From Phoronis australis (taxonomy: Eukaryota > Animalia > Phoronida): a stretch of 64,000 nt of DNA. Of the stretch, positions 26,301-35,944 are shown piece after piece (within the stretch, counting starts at the first letter, position 1; each line of letters starts with the position of its first letter). A program made the position numbers and the translations under genes. Location: the NCBI GenBank assembly GCA_002633005.1, contig NMRA01000168.1, forward strand, positions 685,129-749,128, read 5' to 3'. Under the pieces are notes generated by a model that was not told where the DNA came from, made no database searches, and was given only the letters and a program-made list of their open reading frames with translations.

Positions 26301-29300
26301 ATTCCAGGAGCTCAGAATTTTGAGCATAATCTGAGACATAAATGCAACAAGGCGCACACATCTTCCCAGTCTCTTCTGAAGTCGAACACTCATTCAACAA
26401 TTCATGGTTTCAGCAGTGTAATAGCTGGCCCAAAACTGATGTTTGCGGAAGCACAAAATGATTCAGGAACATGCCAAGAATTGTACCGTCGGAGGTCCTA
26501 AAGTCGTGAGTGCCCTAAAGTTGTGAACGATCTTATTTCCTCTTCTGCGCGGTCCTGCGACGTCTAGCGTTGACGTTTCTGGCGTTTGTCTGCTTACAAA
26601 CTTCAAACGAATGCCCGGACGTGCTGATATTCACAATGTGATAATAAACAGTGAGTGAGTGGCTTCTTTTTTCAAATCTATCTTAAAAACAGCATATTAT
26701 ACTAATCCACTTTTTTGTGCATTTTCAGAACATATTTTCGAAAATATACATCGTTCAGTTTTGCTCAAACACGCGCTCTAGGGGTAGCTTGAACAATGTA
26801 TTAAAATGTCCGAGGGTCCATCAAGTTTTGTAAACGCAAAGCAATAAAATATAGAGAGATGAATGAAGCTGGGTTCTTAACGTTTGACGGAAGCACCCTC
26901 ATTGAAAACGTTTGTGCACTTCGGAATTGAGTGCAATTGAATCTGAATTAATAAACACTGCAATGCGTTTTTTATGTCATTTATAGTAACTGTAAGCACT
27001 GTAGTTGATCTGTGTGGCCTTACTTCGGTCATTTCGGTCTAAACTAAAAGGTCGCGACTTAAGGGCCTCATTCAAAATGACCGGTAATATGAGCGACCGT
27101 GTCAAAACTCTGCTCACGGAGACAAACAAGGGTTAAGATGGACAAAACACTTATATTTTGTGAAGGCTGGTATATGGCGATGACATCACGTGAGCAATTG
27201 CTAACGGACGTTGGGTAGTATGACAATCAGCGATTTTTCATGCTTATATTCACGATATTAGGCCACCGGTATCTACGTATGTCAGTGTGATGACACGTGC
27301 CACCTGACTTGGATTTCCTCAATTGCAGTCCAATGCTTGCTGGTTTATCAGCCTTTGTCCCTTGGTAATTGCCAATTACTTGCACAGGCATCCAAAAATT
27401 AACACCTTTCAATATGGACAGTAGCTGTATGAAAACAAGTCAGCCAAGCTAACAGGATAACATCAGTTGGTTGTCCTCTGATGAATGCTTTCATGGAGCA
27501 GAAAACTTGGGAATGGGAAAGTTACGGACACAAAATTTTCTTGGCATTAATGGCTGTTCTGATTATTTTGCACTGACACCTGGTAGCTAACATATTAGTT
27601 TAGGCTATTTTTTCCCAACATTTAAAAAAAATATTACTAAACTTCCAAGTGTATTCTTGGGAACTTTTTTGAAATTGACTTTTGAAAATTTGTAGATGCA
27701 TTAAATGCTAAGTTCCCGTTGCCCATCAAAAGTAGCCACGGAGGTGAACGATAGGAGAGCTGGGACTATGGCCTAATTTCCTATTTGTACCAGTATATTT
27801 TTGCTCTGGTACCTGTGGCTTCGTAAGGCGAGAGAGGATCTTGGTTTAGCGATATAGTAATTTAGTGTTTTTGCAAATGATCATTGTCTTATGCCGCAAT
27901 TGAGTCTGACTGATGAAACGGTGTCATTTCTGTTTAGGAACGGCTCTGTTATTGTTGACCTACAACTAGTACTGACGGGCAAGTTAACAAGCCATGACAA
28001 AATGAAAGCTACATTCCAAGCCGTAGACGCTATCTTCGTAGTCAACTCGTCTTTGGTTGTTGGGAATCGACGAGTGTTGGTTACATATGTTGGGAACCCT
28101 CTCACTGCAGGTACTTTTACATACCATTGATGTCGCATGCGACTAAATGCTCAGTGGCAACTATGTTCCAAGCCTGTCCCTTCAGCTGCATGTAGTAAAG
28201 TCTTTGGTTATTTCCTGTCCTTTTCCAGGAATCAATTGCTTTAAACCACATGGCGAAGATGTTAATGCCGTCAGAACTGGGTCTGTTTTTGCATACGGTT
28301 ATGCTGTGACCTACGGTTGCAAGTCTGGCTATGAACAAAAGTCTGGAGAAGCTATGATGAGATGCTTATCTAATGCGACCTGGAGTGGTTTGCCTTTGCA
28401 ATGTCAGAGTAAGTTAATTATTTTCGTCGTGTGTATGCATCCTCGGTATTCCTGTTTAAGTATATACATCATTTCAACAACGTCTCCAGGTAATAATGTG
28501 CGACCATAATCATTGTTACCTTTCTGGTTTTGTATTATTCACCCATCTAGTTCTTACTGTGATTAAATTAAGGGAGAATGCCACCCGATTTAAGTAGTCT
28601 TTTTAACGTCTTAATCGGTCTATATCCACATCGCCTATTATACGGTCGACCTCACCTTGCCGAGAGGTATAGCGTTAACGTGTGAGGAAGGTGAAAAACG
28701 ACGCAGCGACGCCAGTGGTTCTTCTGAGGAGTGAATGCCGCTAGATGTATGTTACATTGCATCGGTCCAGCTTGTTCGAACTATGGAGCTGCGAAGAAAA
28801 CGGGTATATCGTTTTACGACTTCCTCCAGAGCCCGAAATGCTTAGGTAGTGTCGCTGTAGAGAAGAATTAAAGGTACGCTGTTAATAGCAAGTATGAGGA
28901 TTTAAAACATCTCCGTGTATGTGGCCGGCTTTTCGTCGACAATGATTTCTCTGACGAATTCCAGCTTACCAAACAACTATCCATACGTTCCGTTGCCGGT
29001 GCATGTTCAAGGCGCCTCTCTAGTATTTCTTGATCAGTGTATTCCGGCTCGAACTGACAGCCTGTGAAACCTAACGATACGATCCAAAAAGTCTTCAACG
29101 GATGAGCTCTTGACTAAATCGGGATTGGCGCCGAGCGAGTTGCCATGTAGACGTTCATTATTCTGCAATCTGTTTCAAAATGAATTATTCTCATCCAAAC
29201 CAATGCTTATATAAAACTGAAACAAAATATTTCTTATTAGACACAATTTGTAACGCCTTTGCAGTATTCGTGAGTGCAAATATTGAGAAGCCAGCAACGG

Positions 29301-32300
29301 CCACTGCGTTACCGGAAATTGATGACGGCAATAAAGGAAATTGACCGGGGACTGAGGTTGTGTGAGCGCATGCTGATTCCGTGTTTGCTGACAGAAAACC
29401 GTTGTGAAACAAGTACTCAATTATTTATGCTATGGTCGCACTGTATTAGTGGAAACTTTTTTAGAAATACAAATACATTATTCAAATCATTGTTACTGTA
29501 CAACCTTTGCCCTGACGGTCTTTGGAAGGGGAACCCGACAAGTAAGTAGATTTTCATTTTCTTGGCTAATAACTTCGTGCATATTAGTTCTTTGGCTCAC
29601 TGTTGTAGTCTTTTTGTGACAGGAGTTTAGTTTCCAACTGAAGCAGGTTTATGTTCGAGCCAGTCCCGGCGGCCAAGACGGGCCTGATCGGTTTACGAAC
29701 CACTGGTCGGGTTAGGCGTTCTGTGTGTTTACAACTCAAAATCACAGGTCTAAACAACACAGAGTAAGGTTCTCATGTCTATATTTCACGGAAGAATACG
29801 TCGCATTTATCTCCGAACATACCCCATGCTCTTGCTACGGACCTGGGTAAATTGGCCTGCCGAACTTTGCAGTCTAAGGTGCGTCCGAATACCAATAAAT
29901 CCTAACAGCAAAATAAAACAACACGTTTTTATAAGAACTCGGTGTGTGTTTAAGGTTTTTTGGTGGTTTATTGGTGAATTCAAGCGATAAGCTGACACCA
30001 GTAACCCGTGTTGTGAACTGCTGAACAGACTGGGCGTGAAACCAATGACGTCATTGAAAAAGTCAACACCGCCGTCTGCGTCAGGTGTCAGATAACACAA
30101 CCGAACGTTCCGTTATCGAATTGAACTACTCGATCTAAATTGATACAAAATAGGTTAATTTTTGGGTGGCATTCTCCTTTAAAACATGTTTGGAATACGG
30201 TGTAGTCACACCAGAGACCGCAAGAATGTTCTAATATGTCCCGTTGACTTTGAGATACTTGAATCAGAAGGGCCGCGATTTAGACTGTATTTAGATCTGT
30301 ATATGGGATTAGTTCTACGTGTATCCAGGTAAAGCAGACAAAACCTGAACGAACTCATCACACTATAATCTGGTAACGGGGATCAGTTATAAGAAATGTT
30401 GCTTACCACCGACAAAGAAGAAATGAAAGGCAGATCATCAGTATGCATCCAAAATCTCTCTTACCATAGCCACCATCTTCCATTTACCACACACGTATAT
30501 CCGACAGTTAAAAATGCAGATGATGTAATATTGTGTTCGACAAGAACCTTTTAAAGTGTAACGCTAGTCTAAAGAAGTTGAAATTGTTGTTACTGCGTGT
30601 TATTTATACCTTTTCAAACCCAAACTTTCAAACAGGGCTCCATCACGGTATGCAAAAACGGAGTGCATTCACTGCGTAGTATACCGGGCGCGAACTATTG
30701 AGTCGTGCCTGAAAGCCATGGGTAAAAGTATGAACTACATGGACTTGGGGGTGGGGCAGCTGCATTGTCCCTTGATTACTGCGTAGTATGCGCATTTCAA
30801 TTGTGCACTTCAAGTACATGTACGTGCGCGCTTAGATTGCAAAAGTCACGCCTCGGTATTTCACCTCTGTTATTTTTGAAATAACTTCTAACATCAGAGA
30901 CATATTGTATTTGACAGTTTCAAGAGTTTGAAGACAAGCTTCCTTCACAAATTGCTGTCGGGTCTCTCCTTTGCCCCATCCCAGAGAGATTCCAGTCAAC
31001 AAATTAATTTTCTAAGAACATTCACTATTTTTCGAATGGGTTACATACACTTACATTGTATTTTTGAATAGGATGCTGAATTTAGGTCACGTCTGATATT
31101 TTTGAATTACAGCACAAGCAGATTAAGATACCCCCTTTCAGACACAGTATGTAACACACCAAAAGCCGTTATTTGAACCATCAAATTGTTTACATAGTTT
31201 CCACTGCAACTGGTTTGTCAAGCATTTCATTTACCCCGTTATTATCACAATTTACGACTGCCCCCCCACTGTGCTGTATGTGGGGACCCTGATTGGTGCT
31301 ATTCGTGCACATGACACCGTGGTTACATGGGGAAAACTAGCATTCTGCCCAGGTATACAAGATCTACTGAAAAAAGAGTGAAAATGGGCACCTCATTGTG
31401 AATAAAATATTTTCTATGTGCCACGATAAGGCAATTAGATCTTCGGTGTCCATATCTTTCGTATTGGTTGTGAGTGCACCGTGTATTTACCACGTTTGGG
31501 AAGTTGCCTCTACCAGGCTACTAGGTTATATACCGGAAATGCAAACTAGGCTTATATATGAGGTTTGTTTTCCATTGCCAAAGTGAGCATAAGCCAGACT
31601 CTGTCTTACCTGTCGTAATCATTTCACAAAGTATCGCACGTGCCCTAGCCGCACTATTGAAATAAACTTTCTTTTACTTGTCCTAAAATGCAGCGATTTT
31701 AAATTTCGAAGACTGCTAAAATCTGCTTTTCAGTTTAGAGAACTGTAGTGTTATTGGTTTGCCTTACTCCATTTTCGTTGTTTGGCTTTGAATCTTGTAC
31801 TAAACAGTCGGGTCTGTTTATAAATGCATTTATCTCATCCACTAGACATTCGGCCAAGCCCATGATTAGCGACAAACTCACTCCGCTGAAAAACACCTGG
31901 ATGAAGAGTGCACGCGTTCTGGCCCACTTGCCTGGAAATCCTGATAACGTAAAAAATGCCTAGTGGCTATATCCAACTCTGAAATATAAAAACGCGTCTA
32001 AGTCTGGTCAGCACGCCACAAGTGGTTACAATTTTACCTGTATTGGTCCACCGTCAAAACACATTTCATGAACGTTTAAGATAAAAACGGAAATGGAATC
32101 TTTAAGCTACTTTCTTCTGTTTCTGTTTTGACCAAAGATTATCGTAGACATGCCCAAATGCAACTGAGTTACATTGCGCAAATACATTATTACCTGGCAA
32201 ACTAGCAGTACCCATTAATGAAACTCATACCATTGTTGACACTTTTCAGAACAACAGTCCATTAAAACCCACTTTGCTTATATCATGGGTGGAATCGCCG

Positions 32301-33010
32301 CGGCCTTGGGTCTCTCTATCGTCTTGATCACAACCATTGGGATTTGTCTTTGTCGGAAAAGAAAATCGCCACCCAAGGACAGGTCGGTATCACAGTTATT
32401 GTAAGCACTACGTTCATTTTTCTAATCTCAAAACTGCATGCCCTCCAATTAACCATTAATCGCTGTATTTGCCATTTAGTCGGTTCCCCCACACACTTGG
32501 AATGTCTGGAGGTTGAATCAGAAATATATGCTCTTCTAAGTTTGGGTTATGTAAAGCGAACTAGAGTGTCAGGATAATGCCTCTCTTTACGTGAGAATTC
32601 TTTTTTTCGGAGGTTAGTGCTGTAGCGTGAGCTTTTCGGTGACATAAATCCTCCATGTATTTAGTTATTGACGTATGTAAGCGAGGTGGTAGCGCCAACA
32701 GTAGCAAATACACCGGTGTACAGTAACATTTCATTTTGTCTACAGGAAAACTTCTCTCTCCAATTCTATGGTATTACAAAACTGTAAGAGCAATCTGCCT
32801 TCGAAAGATGAATTCCTTGAAAATTCATACTACCAAAGATACATTCTCCCCATGACCATCCCACGTGACCCAGAGGCTACTCAGAAACGTCAACACGTAC
32901 CTGCTCCCAAGTACAGAAAGGCCCCGATGTCAGGCTTACCGGTCACGGCACAGAACAAACTGTGGCGTATTTCCGATTTTCCGTCGGGTTTCGTGGTGAC
33001 ACGTCATTAA
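2202..33010 (+). CDS. SUSD2/Mesh/MUC4-like type-I membrane glycoprotein, 5'-partial, 19 exons: VWD-Sushi-EGF_Ca-6xSushi-SEA-Sushi-TM-cytoplasmic tail
   Basis: Exons 2202-2345, 2811-2966, 4952-5080, 7608-7730, 9753-10019, 10527-10712, 18916-19038, 20010-20186, 20344-20520, 20700-20876, 21029-21205, 21385-21561, 21714-21890, 23054-23166, 23809-23870, 27938-28110, 28229-28408, 32250-32382, 32746-33010. All junctions are AG/GT and phase-compatible; 3116 nt with no internal stop, ending in TAA at 33008-33010. Confidence 0.9.
2811..2966 (+). CDS. Gene 1 exon: VWD domain
   Basis: ttcgccag|..|gtatgg; [47 protein letters not shown], a SUSD2/Mesh-type VWD segment. Confidence 0.9.
3105..4708 (+). mobile_element. 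5'-truncated, frameshifted CR1/L2-group LINE (RT C-terminal part and 3' end) in a gene 1 intron
   Basis: [84 protein letters not shown], terminal CCCG..HVFFAC. AATAAA and a short A-tail at 4691-4708. Confidence 0.88.
4952..5080 (+). CDS. Gene 1 exon: VWD domain
   Basis: tttcag|..|gtaagt; [43 protein letters not shown]. 129 nt, phase 1-1, in a frame missed by the ORF track; bridges the flanking exons. Confidence 0.85.
6500..7469 (-). mobile_element. Internally deleted Kolobok-like DNA transposon (THAP start on -, acidic KolX-like start on +)
   Basis: TTAA on both sides (6496-6499, 7470-7473) within a palindromic target ctgcTTAAgcag; imperfect ~15-bp TIRs. Minus strand from 7231: [11 protein letters not shown]..(frameshift)[28 protein letters not shown], a THAP C2CH domain. 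Plus-strand ORF 6752-6952 is acidic with LRPYELNP. Confidence 0.72.
7608..7730 (+). CDS. Gene 1 exon: VWD C-terminal part
   Basis: tttcag|..|gtatgt; [42 protein letters not shown]. Confidence 0.93.
7786..8250. mobile_element. Probable Helentron-associated/DINE-like non-autonomous repeat
   Basis: Starts gggggg-cattatg followed by short (gtcc)n/(gtct) units; internal 33-bp direct repeat at 7934-7966 and 8218-8250. Family assignment is inference. Confidence 0.35.
8532..9436 (+). mobile_element. ~0.9-kb hAT-like non-autonomous element, copy 1
   Basis: Termini cataggcgaatttag ... cctagatccgtcactc; colinear and highly similar to 53559-54545 over most of its length. Confidence 0.75.
9753..10019 (+). 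CDS. Gene 1 exon: post-VWD Cys-containing region
   Basis: ttcctag|..|gtgaga; [44 protein letters not shown], typical of SUSD2/MUC4/Mesh. Confidence 0.92.
10527..10712 (+). CDS. Gene 1 exon: Sushi/CCP domain 1
   Basis: tttcag|..|gtaagt; [46 protein letters not shown] (4 Cys plus Trp). Confidence 0.93.
11470..15850 (-). mobile_element. Degenerate Gypsy LTR retrotransposon (gag-PR-RT-RNaseH-IN)
   Basis: gag [15 protein letters not shown] and [31 protein letters not shown]; RT/RNase[41 protein letters not shown]; AQARDP; integrase [11 protein letters not shown] (~12480-12510). Polypurine tract GAGGGGAGA precedes the TG of the 3' LTR at 11537. Many stops; 5' LTR not resolved. Confidence 0.88.
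14219..14658. mobile_element. MITE with ~50-bp TIRs (PIF/Harbinger-like termini) nested in the Gypsy element
   Basis: cagtgcccggttgcatgaaacagtcccaaaaagggaatcaact ... agttgagtccctatttgggactgtttcatgcaacccggcactg. Confidence 0.8.
17618..17692 (-). repeat. tRNA-derived SINE head or tRNA pseudogene
   Basis: Minus strand ..atgactcagtgg..agaaggtccagGGTTCGAGTCCcgg has A-box-like and B-box motifs, but the acceptor and anticodon stems are poor. Confidence 0.5.
18916..19038 (+). CDS. Gene 1 exon: calcium-binding EGF domain
   Basis: tttcag|..|gtgaag; [41 protein letters not shown] (EGF_CA consensus, 6 Cys). Confidence 0.92.
19494..19653 (+). mobile_element. Short hAT-like MITE (family also at 45175-45330 and ~57290-57527)
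   Basis: caggggcggatctaggattttgag..cagactattagcca..cagacattcgcac..tctgggagaattt is shared with 45175-45330. Confidence 0.65.
20010..20186 (+). CDS. Gene 1 exon: Sushi A1
   Basis: 177 nt, phase 1-1; [59 protein letters not shown]. Confidence 0.92.
20344..20520 (+). CDS. Gene 1 exon: Sushi B1
   Basis: 177 nt; [59 protein letters not shown]. Confidence 0.92.
20700..20876 (+). CDS. Gene 1 exon: Sushi A2
   Basis: 177 nt; [59 protein letters not shown]. Confidence 0.92.
21029..21205 (+). CDS. Gene 1 exon: Sushi B2
   Basis: 177 nt; [59 protein letters not shown]. Confidence 0.92.
21385..21561 (+). CDS. Gene 1 exon: Sushi A3
   Basis: 177 nt; same protein as A2 except one K>E change. Confidence 0.92.
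21714..21890 (+). CDS. Gene 1 exon: Sushi B3
   Basis: 177 nt; [59 protein letters not shown]. Confidence 0.92.
21940..21986. repeat. Imperfect (GT)n microsatellite
   Basis: gtgtgcgtgtgtgtgtgtttgtgtgtgtttgggtgggtgggtgtgt. Confidence 0.9.
22668..22880 (-). mobile_element. tRNA-derived SINE, copy 1
   Basis: Minus-strand head gaggagacagtgtggcttagtg..gttcgggtccc (A/B boxes). The body ccagacgtgcgcaggc..catgtgggcccattgcactgatcacctggaaata is shared with 48383-48594. Confidence 0.7.
23054..23166 (+). CDS. Gene 1 exon: SEA domain part 1
   Basis: ttatag|..|gtgagt; [38 protein letters not shown]. Confidence 0.88.
23809..23870 (+). CDS. Gene 1 exon: SEA domain part 2
   Basis: ttttccag|..|gtaaga; [21 protein letters not shown]; phase 0 to 2, joins both neighbours in frame. 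Confidence 0.85.
23968..27775 (-). mobile_element. Degenerate Academ-type DNA transposon in the SEA-domain intron
   Basis: TIRs caggccatag..cacttccgtggctactgtttgggggcaa and ttgcccatcaaaagtagccacggaggtg..ctatggccta; ATT on both flanks (3-bp TSD). Minus-strand remnant at ~24700-25110: [70 protein letters not shown] (XPG-like C-terminus plus CXC cluster). Confidence 0.8.
27938..28110 (+). CDS. Gene 1 exon: SEA domain part 3 with GSVIV motif
   Basis: tgtttag|..|gtactt; [22 protein letters not shown]. Confidence 0.9.
28229..28408 (+). CDS. Gene 1 exon: membrane-proximal Sushi domain
   Basis: ttttccag|..|gtaagt; [44 protein letters not shown]. Confidence 0.93.
28572..30178 (+). mobile_element. 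Internally deleted Kolobok-like DNA transposon (THAP start on +, KolX-like start on -)
   Basis: TTAA|gggagaatgccaccc ... gggtggcattctcct|TTAA (14/15 TIR match). Plus strand from ~28749: [18 protein letters not shown](frameshift)[19 protein letters not shown] (THAP). Minus strand near 29060: [13 protein letters not shown]. Confidence 0.8.
32250..32382 (+). CDS. Gene 1 exon: transmembrane helix
   Basis: ttttcag|..|gtcggt; [45 protein letters not shown] (hydrophobic span plus basic stop-transfer). Confidence 0.92.
32746..33010 (+). CDS. Gene 1 last coding exon: cytoplasmic tail
   Basis: tctacag| phase 2, in frame with ORF 32768-33010; [31 protein letters not shown]. Confidence 0.82.
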
Positions 33011-33399
33011 GTGCCTATGTTTTTCTTATTCCAACGTCAGATGAACTTCTTAATTCAATCTTTTGTGAACATTGTTCACATGTATAAGGTATATGGATCT
33101 GCTTCAAAGATTTTAAAATCGGGCTTAATATCCTAGACAGAAGTGCAACGTCTTCTCTGCATCTTATTGCACTTCAAAAAGTTATCAAGTATACACTACT
33201 GTAGGAGTTAAATATGTCCTCTAATTTCTCTTGTCTAAACTCGATTTAACAGACTCAGCAAAATGATTGGTGTCCTAAAATCGATGTATATTACATGTAT
33301 TCTTTTGACTTTATGTATATGTTCACAATCATGGCTAGTTTCTAAGTCCACCTCATTGTTAGCCTCTTGAAGTATGTTAAACAAGTCTTTATTGGAACC

Positions 33400-33720
33400 A
33401 GCATTCTATGTTTGCTTCCCATTTCTGCATTTGATAAGGGCTTGACTTTCCTCCAACAGCTTCGACGTATCTGTCGATCTGCTCTTGACGCGGGTGGACG
33501 TGGCACACCTCATTAGAGTATCCTTCTGATCCTGTGGTGTATGTCATGGAAAGCGTGTACACGTGTCTTAAGAGTTCCTTAATACCACGACATATCACCC
33601 TGAATTAGGGTATGCTTGGGACCTTCCTGTGAAACACCACAATAAGCCTTAAGTGAGTAAGGGCCCTTACCAGGGAAATGCAGTGTTTGCAGCTTTGCAA
33701 ATGCTAAGATTTCTTGCCGC
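33400..33720 (+). mobile_element. Very degenerate Penelope-like element fragment
   Basis: Broken frames give QQLRRICRS, LEYPSD and RVP..TTYHPEL in the order seen downstream of Penelope-like RT. Confidence 0.45.
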
Positions 33721-35944
33721 AAGAGTTCAGTGTGATTGAACGGCGTTACTGTGACTTTAGTCCTTCTAAGTTTACTTCGTGGTTTTGCTCGCGAAAGCCC
33801 ATCATTCCCCTTCTCAAAATGTAACTCTGTGTAATCAGGATCAAGTACTGTGAGGTTTTGTGTTGATTGTTTTGTGACTTAATGTAATCAAGATACATGC
33901 CTTCTGTTTCATAATATTTGTCTACTCAAGATTAAACTGTACATGTTTTATGTCGTTATCGTTTTTCACTTAGACCTTGCTCGACATACACCAGCAAAGT
34001 TACGAACATATTTTTGGAAACGTGTAACGACAGCTCCAGGACGTGGAATTAGTCGTTACCGCTAGAACAAAAAGCAGTTTCCCAAACATGTCATGGGCTG
34101 CTCAGGGCTGAATAAAGCTGGGGCTATAGCCACCCCTTCAGTCTCTTGTGGTGCGCCGCCCATGCATATACGGAATGATGGAGATAGTCCAACAAAACGC
34201 CTTATAACGTAATCACAAATCGTACTCCTCTTTCAACCTTTCATGAATCGTTATCTTTCCAAGCCACCTTCTCCATTGAGTGGTGACGTAATATGTGAAC
34301 GCTCATTAAGCGCAACCAGTTTCATTGCACGATTGTGATTAAATGTATACAGTAATACATCAACGTAAATTATAAAGCATGTCTGCCGATTTTGTGTCAG
34401 TAAAGACATGTTTGTTTGGGGAAAGGTTTGTTAATACGGGATATGTTGCAACGTGAATTGTACATGTAACGTACAGTACATACCAGCACTAATCTGTGAG
34501 TTTGCAGCCGGTCAAAGTTACAGTAGTTGACGGAATCACTAGTGAAACTAAATATTAGCAGGTGGTAGTATATCTGAAACACATGACACGGAAAAAGTTG
34601 CTATTAGCAGGGAACGTAACGACTGTTCGAGTGTTGCATTCGGTTATTAAGGAACCACGTTTATTGAGTGAACGCGCAGCTGATTTAAGGGCCGCAAGTC
34701 CAAGGCAGAACAAGAGTAGGAATCAGCGATATAATCAATGGACACTTTAAACAAATTTAAAAGTGGACAATATGGATATTTGCTGTGCGATCAAGTCATA
34801 AGTAAGATCATCCATGGCAGACGAAAAAATGAATAAAGAACATAAAAGTAGAAGGCTTGTCTGCTCTACAACTGCGGTTTCGTGTCAGTTTTGTCTGAAC
34901 GGAATAGCCGGCTTAAAGGAAGACGCTACGGGCGCCAATACTTGCAGGTCGAGGAACAATGGAGATGGCAATTTACCGGATTCGTCAATAGGCGTGAATT
35001 TTTTGCTGCTGGGACATGAAATATAATAAAACTTCGAGTGTCGACGATCTCGATTCATCAATTAACTTCAATGAAAACATATGCTAAGGGAAAATAGCAA
35101 AGATTATCTTTTCTGAGATTCATTGTAAACTTCAGATGACGCAGGGGCCGATGCTGTGTTAATATGTATCAGGTCTGGAGAAGGTGAAACGATTTCACGA
35201 GCAGATTCACCAACATCGTATCCGAAAACTCAATCTATCAGAGGAGCTAGCATAACTTTCTCGGACAGAGTGGATGGTACAGTGTTGAAGGTCGAAAAAT
35301 TAGAGGACGTCTTCATGTACTTAGGAAAGAAAATAGATAGCTTCAGTGAAACGCAAGTGAAATCCAACCCCATCTTGGTGGACGACAATGGGGAGGTTGC
35401 AAGGTCTCTGGATATTGGCTAGACAGACATTCAAGGAAACTCATCCGAGACGGTAGCAGAGAGCCTAAATACTGCACAAGGTAAATTTTCACATATCATA
35501 TTTTTAATGACGGTCCGGACACAGTGGAGTAGCAGCAGGTGATTAGTGTGTCAATTATCTACAGTACTAAGGTTCAAAGATTTGCTAATTACGTATTATA
35601 GATTTCCTAAAGGTAATTGAATTTCTGAAGCAGAAAAATTCACTTAGAAATCAAAAGTTTTAATCCACATTATATCCAAATAATGCAGCCCGTTTGATAT
35701 TGCAGTGAAGCATTAACTAATGTGGTATACATGTATTATATGGTATACAAAAGAACCTTAGCCCAGCGTTTTTGATCAACAAATTCTTTGCGACGCAGTT
35801 TCTGAACAAATCTGTTAAAGAAGTCCAAGGTGCCATGAACCTGGCACTTTTTCAAATGCAAATGCCCTAATCGCATGAAATCATTTACTCTGAGCTGATA
35901 TTAAGAATAAATATACAAGATACTTATATTGATTTGGTTAATTA

